A DNA stretch of 64,000 nucleotides from Eledone cirrhosa. Lineage: Eukaryota. The stretch's first letter is position 1. Every line of letters starts with the position of its first letter. The notes beneath the pieces are model-generated. The model searched no databases. It saw only the letters and a program-made list of their open reading frames with translations, and was not told the origin of the DNA. The position numbers and the translations under genes are program-made. Where the stretch lies: the NCBI GenBank assembly GCA_964016885.1, contig OZ024743.1, positions 245,644,001 to 245,708,000 of the forward strand, given 5' to 3'. Of the stretch, positions 26,599-40,480 are shown one piece after another.

Positions 26599-27379
26599 CT
26601 GTGGATTGAAAAGTATTGCCTGGGAATGTTAGAAACCCCAACTAGAGTGATGTGGAAAATAAATAATAAAAAAGCTAACTCCTGATGGAGTCGTGCTTTG
26701 GGTATAGCATTTAAACCAGCCATATCCAGCCAGAATTTTCTTACCTCTTTCTGTTCAAATCAGCCATAACTGGCTGCTCATATTGACGTTAAAGTATTGT
26801 TCTCAAAATAAATAACATCAAAATCTCATAGATACGATATTATGTGAGATAATTCTGTAAGATAAAGCCTTTACCACAAAAATACAATAGTATATATAGA
26901 GTAATGTAAATGCTAACGTGTTAAACTTAGGAGAGAGAGAGAGCGAGAGCAGACCCTATCACTAGACTGTTACTTTATCGACCTCAAAAGGATGAAAAGC
27001 AAAATGGAATGTGGCAGGATATGAACACAGTGCAGTGAGCTGGAACAAATACCAAGGTATTTTTAATCAGATGCCCAAATGACCCAGCCAATTCACCACC
27101 TTTAACAAATAAGAAATGGTTAAAATTGTTTTAGGGAAGCAAGGAGTGAAAATCATTACCACCATCATATTCCATTTTCTTTGGAAAAAGGGGTTCTAAC
27201 CCCAAAATAAATAATATGGCTAAAGTGTAAACTGTTGTTTTGTTTTATCTTACTTTACTTCGATTTTTGCAGCCTTATTTATTTATAACTCACAATGCTT
27301 CAAATAATGGCTTCTAATTGAGGGGAAAGTCAACTATATCAACCCTAGTACTTGACTGGTTGGCTCTTTTGGTCTAGGT

Positions 27380-27880
27380 TTTAAAACTGCAGAAAAATCT
27401 AGAATGAAAGAGCCTAAAAGTAAACTTAGCAAAAAACTAGTCACAATAAGTAGGAAAGAAAACAGGATTTGTATGATACGTCAAAAAGGGGTGGGGAGAA
27501 ACTCCATAAGGTGCACAAAGTGTAATCTATGGATGTACAAGTGATGTAGTGGAATTACAGGCAAATTAACATAAAAGACTTTGTATGAAACAGATCTAAA
27601 GGAGAAATAAACACTAAGAATATATGAAAAATGAGATTAACTGCCCAGGAGGCTCCCTAGAAGTTGCTGACAACTTTTGTTGTTTAAGTGCAATGGGGAA
27701 GGCTGCTCTGAAAGGAGTTCAGAAAACTAATACCTCTGCTTAAAACAAAGAACTTACATCTTAAAGTGAAGGATAGAGTGTATGATGCAAGTGTGCAGAC
27801 AGCAATGTTACATAGCAGCAAGGCATGGGCCTTGACTGCAGAAGATCTGTGAAGACTAAAATGAAATGAGGCTAGTAAGC
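27380..27880 (+). mobile_element. Old degenerate RTE fragment
   Basis: GVGRNSIRCTKCNLW and VYDASVQTAMLHSSKAW remnants. Confidence 0.65.
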
Positions 27881-28050
27881 GCTAATGTAAGTGTATAAAG
27901 TGGACTATCACATTAACTAGACATACAGTATCTCCTACATTTTAAGATGTAGATTCATTACTCCTAACTTTACAAAATCACTAATAACATTTTCTACATA
28001 AAATACAAAATTATTGAGAAATAAGTAATAAAAGATTAAGTTAAAATTAC

Positions 28051-28106
28051 CTTAACTTGACCTATTTGAGAACTGATTCTTTTCATGAACATGGTCAAAA
28101 CATCAT
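28051..28106 (-). CDS. EMC1: EMC1 exon 14
   Basis: DVLTMFMKRISSQIGQVK; ttctag| ... |gtaatt. Confidence 0.9.
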
Positions 28107-28335
28107 CTAGAAAATACCAAGATACATTTACAGAAGTCAAAAATAATAAATGGTGGAAAGCAACTAAATTTTTAAGAATTTCATAATTATTATTCAATGA
28201 CGATGAGGAATTTAGAAACTTTGCATAGTAATATGGTCTGAATTGATAAAATAACTTCTATCTAAATCAATGTTTCTCAAGGTGAGAAGGCACAGCAATA
28301 TTTTGGTGGGGTCTGGGACTTCAGAATGGGATATA

Positions 28336-28751
28336 CAGCAAGTCCCCAACATACGAACTAGTTACATTCCAAGAGGTTGTTCGTTAGTTGATCGTCTAAC
28401 ACAGTACGTACCAGTAAGCCCATATATGTTACATTGATACTGCCAGGTATGAATTATATATATATATATACAGTATATATAGATATATATATATAACATG
28501 TAATAATTAATTTAAATACTGTAAAGGTAGACAATAAATTGTTAAAGAAAAAAGTACTTTTTCAATTCTGCGAAAGCAGAATAGTATCCTATACCGTAGG
28601 TACGATTTCGGCTTGTTTTTATGCTGCAAAAGAAGGAACCCAGGGCCCGAAAAACGAATTTCAAACTCAGACAAATTTTTTTTTTCTTCATAAGACTGTT
28701 TGTATGTACGTAAGTTCATAAGTAGGATGTTTGTAAGGTGGGGACTTACTG
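28336..28751. mobile_element. Tigger/MER2-like MITE
   Basis: Imperfect TIRs CAGCAAGTCCCCAACATACGAAC / GTTTGTAAGGTGGGGACTTACTG, TA flanks. Confidence 0.7.
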
Positions 28752-29754
28752 TACATGCTATGCTATATATTAACTTTGTCTGATCATGCTGAGACACTGT
28801 TTTGGGGGAAAAATCAAGGTGGAGTGTAGGACAGCTCCTCTCAACAACACCTGACAAGCTTCTATTAATGGGCACATATTTCTAAACATCGTTTTTTGTC
28901 AATCATCACAGTTATTTGTGATCTCCTTTATGAAATTCAACTTCTGGAGACCAATCCTCACCACTTCATTCCATGTCTTCTTAGGTCTCCCTCTTCTACA
29001 GATTCCATTGACTTAAAATGCTCTGCACTTCTTTATATAGCTGACATCTTCAGAAGTGCCAAGCAATCCAAGTTTAAGAATCATTCAGAATAGAAACGAC
29101 TAAGGAAGTCATGGGAAGAAGTGGTGAGAGCTGATATCAGGAGGCTAAATTCCACAGAGATGACAAAGGTCCACAACAAGTGGTAAAAGACTGTAATGGA
29201 AAAGACTTGGTAAAGGCTGACAAAATGGTGATTATATCTCACCTGTAACATTTGACCTAAAGCCTAATAAAAGGAAATCAACATTGATATCATACATTAG
29301 TTAGTTAAAGTCTGTCCCAAGCTCATCAGACTGGAGTTTATTTCAGTTTTATCAGCATTAAGTAACTGAGAGTATATGACACAATGCCAGTTGTTTGCAG
29401 GGTTAACCCGCAGTTGATGCGGATACTCATTTTTAGCTGCAGAACTCAATGCATTGTCTAGTCTAGGAATTGAATCCTCCCCAACATGCTAACCACTAGT
29501 TTGTGCATTTCCATGATATACACTGAGATAAGACTACATACTTTAGGGGAGAGTATCTAGTCAAATGAATTTACCTCAGTATATAACTGGTACTTATTTG
29601 ATCAACCAGACAGAGATAAAGGATAAAGATGATTCAAACAGAATTTAAATAAAACATTTTAATTAAGTAACTGGCACTCTACCATTTCGAAAATTTTTAC
29701 TAATTATAAGAAAATATTATTACAAAACATAAACAAAATTTTAAAAGTAAATAC

Positions 29755-29871
29755 TTTGCTGGGAACCAAATTCATCTTCAAACTTTGCTTGGGACTCTGA
29801 CAGTGGTAAATCAACCATTTCTACTGCAAAAATATAAGACAATGCTTCTTCTCTACGCCATGCTATACGAC
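29755..29871 (-). CDS. EMC1: EMC1 exon 13
   Basis: RIAWRREEALSYIFAVEMVDLPLSESQAKFEDEFGSQQ; tttcag| ... |gtattt. Confidence 0.95.
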
Positions 29872-31300
29872 CTGAAAGATATACAAATATATACATTAGC
29901 AGTAGCTCTAACATAGTGTATATGCCTTCATATACACCTCTATTGTTAAATATATATGTGTGTATATATATAAATAGTTTATGAAGAAATGTTGGTAATT
30001 TGATGTAAAAACAAACCAAATAGAGTAAATTTGCATGTTGTAAACCTTGAGTGTTTTATTAACAATGCTGTAACCAATGGGAGGGAGACATATTTCCTGA
30101 GTATTTACATCTTACATTGTTGTTACTTAAGCCTAGGTCTCTCCTCATCCAATAACCAACGATGTTCCGGCTGTGACCATCCCATCTATTTTCAGACATA
30201 TCAATATCAAACAGTACATTATCTTGTGTGTGATTCGACTGCTATTTCTAGCAAATCGAGTGACCAAATAGAGGCTCCTGAGAACGAACAAAGTATACAT
30301 GTTAGAGCACTATTGTAGAAAGATTCCTTTTTTTAAAAATGAGATATATTAAATTCTGGTACTTATTTTATTCACCCCTCAGAAGGATAAAAGGCAGAGT
30401 TCACCTTGATGGGATTTGAAGAATGTAATGAGCTGCAGGTAAATACTGCAAGGCCTTTTGTCCAATGCTCTAACGAAATTGCCAATTCTCTCTCCTGTAA
30501 TAATTTCTAACACAGGTACGAGGCCATACATTTGTGGGGCAGGAACAGTCGATTATACTATTATGACCCAAGTACTTCATTGGCACTTATTCTATCAACA
30601 CCAGAAGGATAAAAGACAAAGTTGACCATGAAGAGATATCAACTCAGGGTAAAGAACCACTAGGAAATATTGCAAGGTATTTTATCCAACACTCTAATGA
30701 TTCTGCCAATCTACCACCTCAGTCAACATTGCCATCATCATTATTTAACATACATTTTTCCTGCTAGCAAGAGCTGGAGGGGGTCTTCACAGACCAAGTC
30801 AGAATATGAATGGAGCTACTGACCTCTCAGATGGGCCGGGGAAGCTGAATCTTGCTTACATGTTTCTGTGCTCTATCAAGTGCTCAGACAGGCTGGAGAC
30901 CCACATCTCGCTTACATTTGTTTGCAACCTCTCCTGAGTGCATTTAATCATAGCACCAGCACTGGAGAGGTTATCATGTCTTTCACACAGCTGAAGGTTC
31001 CTCCCAATCTTTTGTTTGGCAGGTTTTCTCCAACTAGATATCCTTCCTATCACTAAGCACTTTACAGAGTGCACTGGGTGCATATATTGTCGAAATCACC
31101 AACACTAGGGAGGTTGTCATGCCTTTGACACAGCTGAAAAGCCCTCCCGACCATCTGTTTGTTAGATTTTCTACAGCTGGACATCCTTCCCATTACCAAC
31201 CACTTTACCGAGTGTACTGCGTGCATTTAAAATGACAGCAACACCAGGGAAGTTGTCATGTCTTTGACACAATTGAACAACATCAAAATAATCAACTCAC

Positions 31301-31397
31301 CAGCTTTGTGTATTAAATGTAAAGTGTAATCTTCTGACCGAACCATTGTTCTATAGCCAATGCGACCGTCTTTCTTGGAGAACAGAAGTGTATCAAT
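31301..31397 (-). CDS. EMC1: EMC1 exon 12
   Basis: IDTLLFSKKDGRIGYRTMVRSEDYTLHLIHKA; cgttag| ... |gtgagt. Confidence 0.93.
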
Positions 31398-31562
31398 CTA
31401 ACGAAGGTACAAGTGAAGAATTGAAGCAAAATATCAATTTTTGTGAAGTCATGAAATTACACAAAAAAACAAAAACATAAAATATTTAAAAAATAATTAT
31501 TAATTTCATGTAATAATCTAATCTACTAAAGTATGGTAAGTTTTGCATAAATGTTAAGTGGG

Positions 31563-34500
31563 GGCAATGCAGAGTATAAGTGAGGCTATGGCAGTGTATA
31601 GGTGAGGGTAAGGCAGTGTATAAGTGAGGCTATGGTAGTGTATAGGTGAGGGTATGGTAGTGTATAAGTGAGGCTATGGCAGTGTATAGGTGAGGGTATG
31701 GTAGTGTATAAGTGAGGCTATGGCAGTGTATAGGTGAGGGTATGGCAGTGTATAAGTGAGGCTATGGCAGTGTATAGGTGAGGGTATGGCAGTGTATAGG
31801 TGAGGGTATGGCAGTGTATAGGTGAGGGTATGGCAGTGCATAGGTGAGGGTATGGTAGTGTATAGGTGAGGGTATGGCAGTGTATAGGTGAGGGTATGGC
31901 AATGTATAGGTGAGGGTATGGCAGTGTATAGGTGAGTGTATGGCAGTGCATAGGTGAGGGTATGGCAGTGTATAGGTGAGGGTATGGCAGTGTATAGGTG
32001 AGGGTATGGCAGTGCATAGGTGAGGGTATGGCAGTGTATAAGTGAGGCTATGGCAGTGTATAGGTGAGGGTATGGCAGTGTATAGGTGAGGGTATGGCAG
32101 TGTATAGGTGAGGGTATGGCAGTGTATAGGTGAGGGTATGGCAGTGTATAGGTGAGGGTACAGCTATGTATAGGTGAGGGTATGGCAGTGTATAGGTGAG
32201 GGTATGGCAGTGTATAGGTGAGGGTATGGCAGTGTATAGGTGAGGGTATGGCAGTGTATAGGTGAGGGTATGGTAGTGTATAGGTGAGGGTATGGCAGTG
32301 TATAGGTGAGGGTATGGCAGTGTATAGGTGAGGGTATGGCAGTGTATAGGTGAGGGTATGGCAGTGTATAGGTGAGGGTACAGCTATGTATAGGTGAGGG
32401 TATGGCAGTGTATAGGTGAGGGTATGGCAGTGTATAGGTGAGGGTATGGCAGTGTATAGGTGAGGCTATGGCAGTGTATAGGTGAGGGTATGGCAGTGTA
32501 TAGGTGAGGGTATGGTAGTGTATAGGTGAGGGTATGGCAGTGTATAGGTGAGGGTATGGCAGTGTATAGGTGAGGCTATGGCAGTGTATAGGTGAAGCTA
32601 TGGCAGTGTATAGGTGAGGGTATGGTAGTGTATAAGTGAGGCTATGGCAGTGTATAGGTGAGGGTATGGCAGTGTATAGGTGAGGGTATGGCAGTGCATA
32701 GGTGAGGCTATGGCAGTGTATAGGTGAGGGTATGGCAGTGTATAGGTGAGGGTACAGCTATGTATAGGTGAGGGTATGGCAGTGTATAGGTGAGGGTACA
32801 GCTATGTATAGGTGAGAGTATGGCAGTGTATAGGTGAGGGTATGGCAGTGTATAAGTGAGGCTATGGTAGTGTATAGGTGAGGGTATGGCAGTGTATAGG
32901 TGAGGGTACAGCTATGTATAGGTGAGGGTATGGCAGTGTATAGGTGAGGGTACAGCTATGTATAGGTGAGGGTATGGCAGTGTATAGGTGAGGGTATGGC
33001 AGTGTATAAGTGAGGCTATGGTAGTGTATAGGTGAGGGTATGGCAGTGTATAGGTGAGGGTATGGCAGTGTATAAGTGAGGGTACAGCTATGTATAGGTG
33101 AGGGTATGGCAGTGTATAGGTGAGGGTACAGCTATGTATAGGTGAGGGTATGGCAGTGTATAGGTGAGGGTATGGCAGTGTATAAGTGAGGCTATGGTAG
33201 TATATAGGTGAGGGTATGGCAGTGTATAGGTGAGGGTATGGCAGTGTATAGGTGAGGGTACAGCTATGTATAGGTGAGGGTATGGCAGTGTATAGGTGAG
33301 GGTACAGCTATGTATAGGTGAGGGTATGGCAGTGTATAGGTGAGGGTATGGCAGTGTATAAGTGAGGCTATGGTAGTGTATAGGTGAGGGTATGGCAGTG
33401 TATAGGTGAGGGTATGGCAGTGTATAGGTGAGGGTATGGCAGTGCATAGGTGAGGGTATGGCAGTGTATAAGTGAGGCTATGGCAGTGTATAGGTGAGGG
33501 TATGGCAGTGTATAGGTGAGGGTATGGCAGTGTATAGGTGAGGGTATGGTAGTGTATAGGTGAGGGTATGGCAGTGTATAGGTGAGGGTATGGCAGTGTA
33601 TAGCTGAGGGTATGGCAGTGTATAGGTGAGGGTATGGCAGTGTATAGGTGAGGGTACAGCTATGTATAGGTGAGGGTATGGCAGTGTATAGGTGAGGGTA
33701 TGGCAGTGTATAGGTGAGGCTATGGCAGTGTATAGGTGAGGGTATGGCAGTGTATAGGTGAGGGTATGGTAGTGTATAGGTGAGGGTATGGCAGTGTATA
33801 GGTGAGGGTATGGCAGTGTATAGGTGAGGCTATGGCAGTGTATAGGTGAAGCTATGGCAGTGTATAGGTGAGGGTATGGTAGTGTATAAGTGAGGCTATG
33901 GCAGTGTATAGGTGAGGGTATGGCAGTGTATAGGTGAGGGTATGGCAGTGCATAGGTGAGGCTATGGCAGTGTATAGGTGAGGGTATGGCAGTGTATAGG
34001 TGAGGGTATGGTAGTGTATAGGTGAGGGTATGGCAGTGTATAGGTGAGGGTATGGCAGTGTATAGGTGAAGCTATGGCAGTGTATAGGTGAGGGTATGGC
34101 AGTGTATAGGTGAGGGTATGGCAGTGTATAGGTGAGGGTATGGCAGTGTATAGGTGAGGGTATGGCAGTGTATAGGTGAGGGTATGGCAGTGTATAGGTG
34201 AGAGTATGGCTGTGTATAGGTGAGGGTACAGCTGTGTATAGGTGAAGGTACAGCTGTGAATAGGTGAGGGTATGGCTGTGTATAGGTGAGGGTACAGCTA
34301 TGTATAGGTGAGGGTATGGCAGTGTATAGGTGAGGGTATAGCTGAAGGTACAACTGTGAATAGGTGAGGGTATGGCAGTGTATAGGTGAGGGTACAGCTA
34401 TGTATAGGTGAGAGTATGGCAGTGTATAGGTGAGGGTATAGCTGTGTATAGGTGAGGGTACAGCTGTGTATAGGTGAGGTATGGCAGTGTATAGGTGAGG

Positions 34501-37350
34501 TATGGCAGTGTATAGGTGAGGGTATGGCAGTGTATAGGTGAGGGTACAGCTGTGTATAGGTGAGGGTATGCCAGTGTATAGGTGAGGGTATGGCAGTGTA
34601 TAGGTGAGGGTATGACTGTGTGTAGGTGAGGGTACAGCTGTGTATAGGTGAGAGTACAGCTGTGTATAGGTGAAAGTATGGCTGTGTATTGGTGAGGGTA
34701 CAGCTATGTATAGGTGAGGGTATGGCAGTGTATAGGTGAGGGTATATCTATGTATAGGTGAGGGTACAGCTGTGTATAGGTGAGGGTACAGCTGTGTATA
34801 GGTGAGAGTATGGCAGTGTATAGGTGAGGGTATGGCAGTGTATAGGTGAGGATACAGCTGTGTATAGGTGAGGGTATGGCAGTGTATAGGTGAGGGTATG
34901 GCAGTGTATAGGTGAGAGTATGGCTGTGTATAGGTGAGGGTACAGCTGTGTATAGGTGAGAGTACAGCTGTGTATAGGTGAAGGTATGGCTGTGTATAGG
35001 TGAGGGTACAGCTATGTATAGGTGAGGGTATGGCAGTGTATAGGTGAGGGTATGGCTGTGTATAGGTGAGGGTACAGCTATGTATAGGTGAGGGTACAGC
35101 TATGTATAGGTGAGGGTATGGCAGTGTATAGGTGAGGGTATGGTAGTGTATAGGTGAGGGTACAGCTATGTATAGGTGAGGGTATGGTAGTGTATAGGTG
35201 AGGGTATGGCAGTGTATAGGTGAGGGTATGGCAGTGTATAGATGAGGGTATAGCTGTGTATAAGTGAGGGTATGGCAGTGTATAGGTGAAGGTAAGGCAG
35301 TGTATAGGTGAGGGTATGGCAGTGTATAGGTGAGGGTATGGCAGTGTATAGGTGAGGGTATAGCTGTGTATAGGTGAGGGTATGGCAGTGTATAGGTGAG
35401 GGTATGGCAGTGTATAGGTGAGGGTACAGCTGTGTATAGGTGAGGGTATGGCAGTGTATAGGTGAGGGTATAGCTGTGTATAGGTAAGGGTATGGCAGTG
35501 TATAGGTGAGGGTATAGCTGTGTATAGGTGAGGGTACAGCTGTGTATAGGTGAGGGTATGGCAGTGTATAGGTGAGGGTATGGCAGTGTATAGGTGAGGG
35601 TACAGCTGTGTATAGGTGAGGGTTTGGCAGTGTATAGGTGAGGGTATGGCAGTGTATAGGTGAGGGTATGACTGTGTGTAGGTGAGGGTACAGCTGTGTA
35701 TAGGTGAGAGTACAGCTGCGTATAGGTGAAGGTATGGCTGTGTATTGGTGAGGGTACAGCTATGTATAGGTGAGGGTATGGCAGTGTATAGGTGAGGGTA
35801 TATCTGTGTATAGGTGAGGGTATATCTGTGTATAGGTGAGAGTATGGCAGTGTATAGGTGAGAGTATGGCAGTGTATAGGTGAGGGTATGGCAGTGTATA
35901 GGTGAGGGTATGGCAGTGTATAGGTGAGGGTATGGCAGTGTATAGGTGAGAGTATGGCTGTGTATAGGTGAGGGTACAGCTGTGTATAGGTGAGAGTACA
36001 GCTGTGTATAGGTGAAGGTATGGCTGTGTATAGGTGAGGGTACAGCTATGTATAGGTGAGGGTATGGCAGTGTATAGGTGAGGGTATGGCTGTGTATAGG
36101 TGAGGGTACAGCTATGTATAGGTGAGGGTATGGCAGTGTATAGGTGAGGGTACAGCTATGTATAGGTGAGGGTATGGTAGTGTATAGGTGAGGGTATGGC
36201 AGTGTATAGGTGAGGGTATGGCAGTGTATAGATGAGGGTATAGCTGTGTATAAGTGAGGGTATGGCAGTATATAGGTGAAGGTATGGCAGTGTATAGGTG
36301 AGGGTATGGCAGTGTATAGGTGAGGGTATGGCTGTGTATAGGTGAGGGTATGGGAGTGTATAGGTGAAGGTATGGCAGTGTATAGGTGAGGGTACGGCTG
36401 TGTATAGGTGAGGGTATGGCAGTGTATAGGTGAGGGTATGGCTGTGTATAGGTGAAGGTATGGCTGTGTATAGGTGAGAGTATGGCAGTGTATAGATGAG
36501 GGTACGGCTGTGTGTAGGTGAGGGTACAGTTGTGTATAGGTGAGGGTATGGCAGTGTATAGGTGAGGGTATGGCAGTGTATAGGTGAGGGTACAGCTGTA
36601 TATAGGTGAGGGTATGGCTGTGTGTAGGTGAGGGTACAGCTGTGTATAGGTGAGGGTACAGCTGTGTATAGGTTAGGGTATGGCTGTGTATAGGTGAGGG
36701 TATGGCTGTGTATAGGTGAGGGTATGGCTGTGTATAGGTGAGGGTACGGCTGTGTATAGGTGAGGGTACAGCTGTGTATAGGTGAGGATATGACTGTGTA
36801 TAGGTGAGGGTATGGCTGTGTATATGTGAGGGTATGGCTGTGTATAGGTGAGGGTATGGCTGTGTATAGGTGAGGGTATGGCTGTGTATAGGTGAGGGTA
36901 TGGCTGTGTATAGGTGAGGGTACAGCTGTGTATAGGTGAGGGTATGGCTGTGTGTAGGTGAGGGTATGTCAGTGTATAGGTGAGGGTATGGCAGTGTATA
37001 GGTAAGGGTACAGTTGTGTATAGGTGGGGGTATAGCTGTGTATAGGTCAGGGTATGGCTGTGTATAGGTCAGGGTATGGCTGTGTATAGGTCAGGGTATG
37101 GCTGTGTATAGGTGAGGGTACAGCTGTGTATAGGTGAGGGTATGGCTGTGTATAGGTGAGGGTATGGTTGTGTATAGGTGAGGGTACAGCTGTGTATAGG
37201 TGAGGGTATGGCTGTATATAGGTGAGGGTATGGTGCTTTGTAGGCAGGGGTGTTTTTTGTGTGTAGGCAATAATGCAGCTGTGTATAGGCTGTCTATAGG
37301 TGAGAGTGCAGTTGTGTATAGGCAAGGTTATTGCTGTGTATAGGCAATGT
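31563..37350. repeat. 22-bp minisatellite (GGCAGTGTATAGGTGAGGGTAT)n, about 260 units, in EMC1 intron 11
   Basis: Directly visible tandem array with variant units. Confidence 0.98.
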
Positions 37351-37828
37351 ATGGTTGTATATAATGAAAAGCATAGCGATGTGGCTAAGAGGTTTGCTTT
37401 ACAACCATGTGGTTTTAGATTCTATCCCACTGTATGACACTTTAGAAAAATGTCATCTGCCATTGTCTCAGACTGACCAATGTCTGTCAGTGAAACTGGA
37501 AGATTAAATATAAGTGAATGGATCAGTTAATTGGGAGAAAGGGGATAGTGTCCTTGTCCTTTGAAATATCTCTGAAACTGGTAAGATTGATGTGGTTGAT
37601 GCGCAATTTGTACATAATCTGTGAGTGGGTATCTGCATGAATGATATACCAAAGGGAAGTTGTTCAGAGGAGGAAGGATAAGGCTAGGGTAATTAATGCA
37701 GGGTTTGAAGAAGATGAGAGAACAGACAGATAAAAAGAGATAAATGAATGGTTTTGAAATTACAACTATGATGCTCCATCAACATGAAAGATAACAATTC
37801 TCATAATTTTCCATAAATATACCCTTAC

Positions 37829-37933
37829 CTTCATTGGTTTTCCATGAGACTTTGAATAAGATATTTTATGGGTTAAATCTCGGATAGGAACAAGGGATCC
37901 TGAGGAGAGCTCAAATCCAGTCATTTTGAGAAG
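37829..37933 (-). CDS. EMC1: EMC1 exon 11
   Basis: LLKMTGFELSSGSLVPIRDLTHKISYSKSHGKPMK; caacag| ... |gtaagg. Confidence 0.86.
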
Positions 37934-39379
37934 CTGTTGAAAAACGAAAATATATATTAAGAAAAACTGTTATGTGGCTGGAATAATATTAAAGACATAG
38001 AAAGAGAAATCTTATGAATTAACGAAGCACCAGGAATGTTTGAAGTTGTGTAATATGGCCTGCTAAAAAAGACAGGAAAAAATGTCAGTTGTTCCTTAGT
38101 GCTATATAATACACTGGAACGGTATTAGAGATATACAGGGTTGGATTCCATGAAAATGCCATTGCCCACACCTTTCTGTTTATAAAGAGAATTTTCTCAA
38201 TTATTATCGTCGGTGATCAATTATTAGTTACTTTCTGCGTTTGGGACTCTCACATTTTCAAACATAGAAAAATGTTTTATTGTATTTTCGACCAGAATAA
38301 ACAACAATGTCATGAAAATATTTTGGGGCTAGGCAGCTATTTGAAATATTTTATGGTGTGTCACCTTAAAGGGTGTACTGAGTGCATTTATCACGGCATC
38401 AGTACAAAAGAGGTTGTCATCACTGACTCAATTAATGAGCCCTATGGATGAAGGTGGGGTTTATGTCATGAATGGGTGCCAAGTGGAGAGATTTGGAAGG
38501 ATGGGAGGGGAGACTTCTGGCAGTGTGGGAGGTATTGTGGTTATAATAGCTCTCCTAAGAGGCTATGACTAGTGTGTCTGGGTTTAATGGGTATGCAGAG
38601 TAGTGTGAGAAGATGGTTAGGCAGTGACCCAGGACAGATTGTGGATGTTAGGATTTAGGAGGGGTAGAAATGATCCTGGACTAAGTAGGAATGGAGGTGT
38701 ACAGTGATGCTGAGAATAGCTACTACAGGGATGGTGGTTGTGGATGGAGGAGCAAGAAGGGGTAGGAGTGCATTGATAGTGAAGATAGCTACTAAAGGGT
38801 GATATGGGGAGGGGAATACATGGATGGGTCAGGTCAGGTTAAATTTGAAGGTTTTCACCAGCACAGCATGTTGCCAGTCCTCATGGTCCTTTGTCATCTC
38901 TGTTGTGAGGTTCAGCTTCTTTAATTCAGCCCTCACTACCACATCCCAAGTCTTCCTAGGTCCTACCTCTTCCATGAGTTCCATCCACTGAGATTTCTCA
39001 GCACTTCTTTATATAGCTGTTGTCTTCCATATACATCACGTCCTTACTAACGCAGTCGTCTCCCTTGCATACTACATCCAATTATGCTAAATTTTTCTTC
39101 ATCTATACTAACTTTATACAGCCATCAGAGCATACTTCATTTCTTTATAGCTTTCTCAGGTCTTCTGAAAAACCTCACTATACTGGTACTGTAGTGTATA
39201 TTGTCAGACTGTCAATGTTGTCTAATTATGTAAATAAGTTTATGTTTAGCTTTACATTTTAATAAGTAGTCTTCTAGTATTGTTGAGTCTGATGGGTTTA
39301 TAGTCCCTTTCACTGTCAGGAAATAATCTACAAGTGAGTGCAATGATGTTAATGTCTTACACCTATTTCAATACTTTAC

Positions 39380-39451
39380 CTCAGTGCCAGTCACCTCCAG
39401 TGTGATAAGCAATGATTTATCTCCATGTTTCGTTAAATGAGCACACAGGAG
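39380..39451 (-). CDS. EMC1: EMC1 exon 10
   Basis: LLCAHLTKHGDKSLLITLEVTGTE; ctgcag| ... |gtaaag. Confidence 0.82.
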
Positions 39452-40187
39452 CTGCAGATAAAAGATTATGCATGTTATATAACTTCAAATATTGAAAATA
39501 TTCAGTTTAAACAACAACGATGTTTAGTAATTATATATGACAGAGGAAAAAGTCATTAAAAATAAATAGAAACAGTGAAATAGAAATATTTTATGATTGT
39601 CATCATCACCATTTTATGTCTGCTTTGCTATAATTGCATGGGTTGGACAGGTATATTCCTCTACCCATTGCCTTCTTTCATCATCATCTCTGTGAGCTCC
39701 GATGATTTGAGATCAGCTTTCGCAATCTCTGCTCAGGTCTTCCTCTACTGTAGTTTTCTTGGCACTTCTTTACCCAACCACTATCACGAATATGCCTCAT
39801 CCTCACATCTCTATACTAGCACAGTCTTCTCCCTTGCATACTACATCTAATTATTCTTATATCCAGCTTTTTTCTCAGGTCATCTATGCTTCAACATTCA
39901 CACATGAATATTGCTCATCCATTGAAGTATGCTCAATTCAATTCTCTCCAGCCTCTGCATTCACTGCCCATATCTCACATCGTTTCGCATCGCATGCAAA
40001 CATCATACAACCAGCCTTTCATACATAGAGAAACCTTTTGTAGTTTGTTCAAATATTGCTACTACAGCTACATGTTTTGCCTTAGATGATGTATATAATT
40101 CTGCTGACAACACAAGCATTTTAAAACCATTTTTCCTGATGAAGTAAACGTTAACCTTGCAAGCTACATAAAAGGTTTCATACACAT

Positions 40188-40480
40188 CATCATCATCATC
40201 GTTTAACGTCTATCTTCCACGCTAGCATGGGTTTAAACGGGAATTGTCGCACTTGAGGCAAGATTGGTCGTCTCGCTCGTATGGTAGGTTTTCTACAGCT
40301 GGATGCCCTTCCTAACACCAACCACGTTTACAGTGTGGACTGGGAGGTTTTTTTCCGTGTTACCTACACAGCCACATTACAGCGTGGACTGTGTGTTTTT
40401 TTGTTGTGACACCTACACGGCCTCATTTATTTAGGACTGGATGTTGTGGTACCAACATAGCTTTACAGAGAAAGGGGTGT
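40188..40480 (-). mobile_element. RTE 3'UTR fragment
   Basis: (ATC)n tail and family 3'UTR. Confidence 0.8.

Noticed and set aside
31718-37325. Pro/His/Tyr/Thr-rich minus-strand ORFs
   Set aside because: Translations of the 22-bp satellite, whose consensus happens to lack stops on that strand; no splice or other coding evidence
31563-37350. CRISPR-like array
   Set aside because: Contiguous tandem units with no unique spacers; eukaryotic intron; no cas genes
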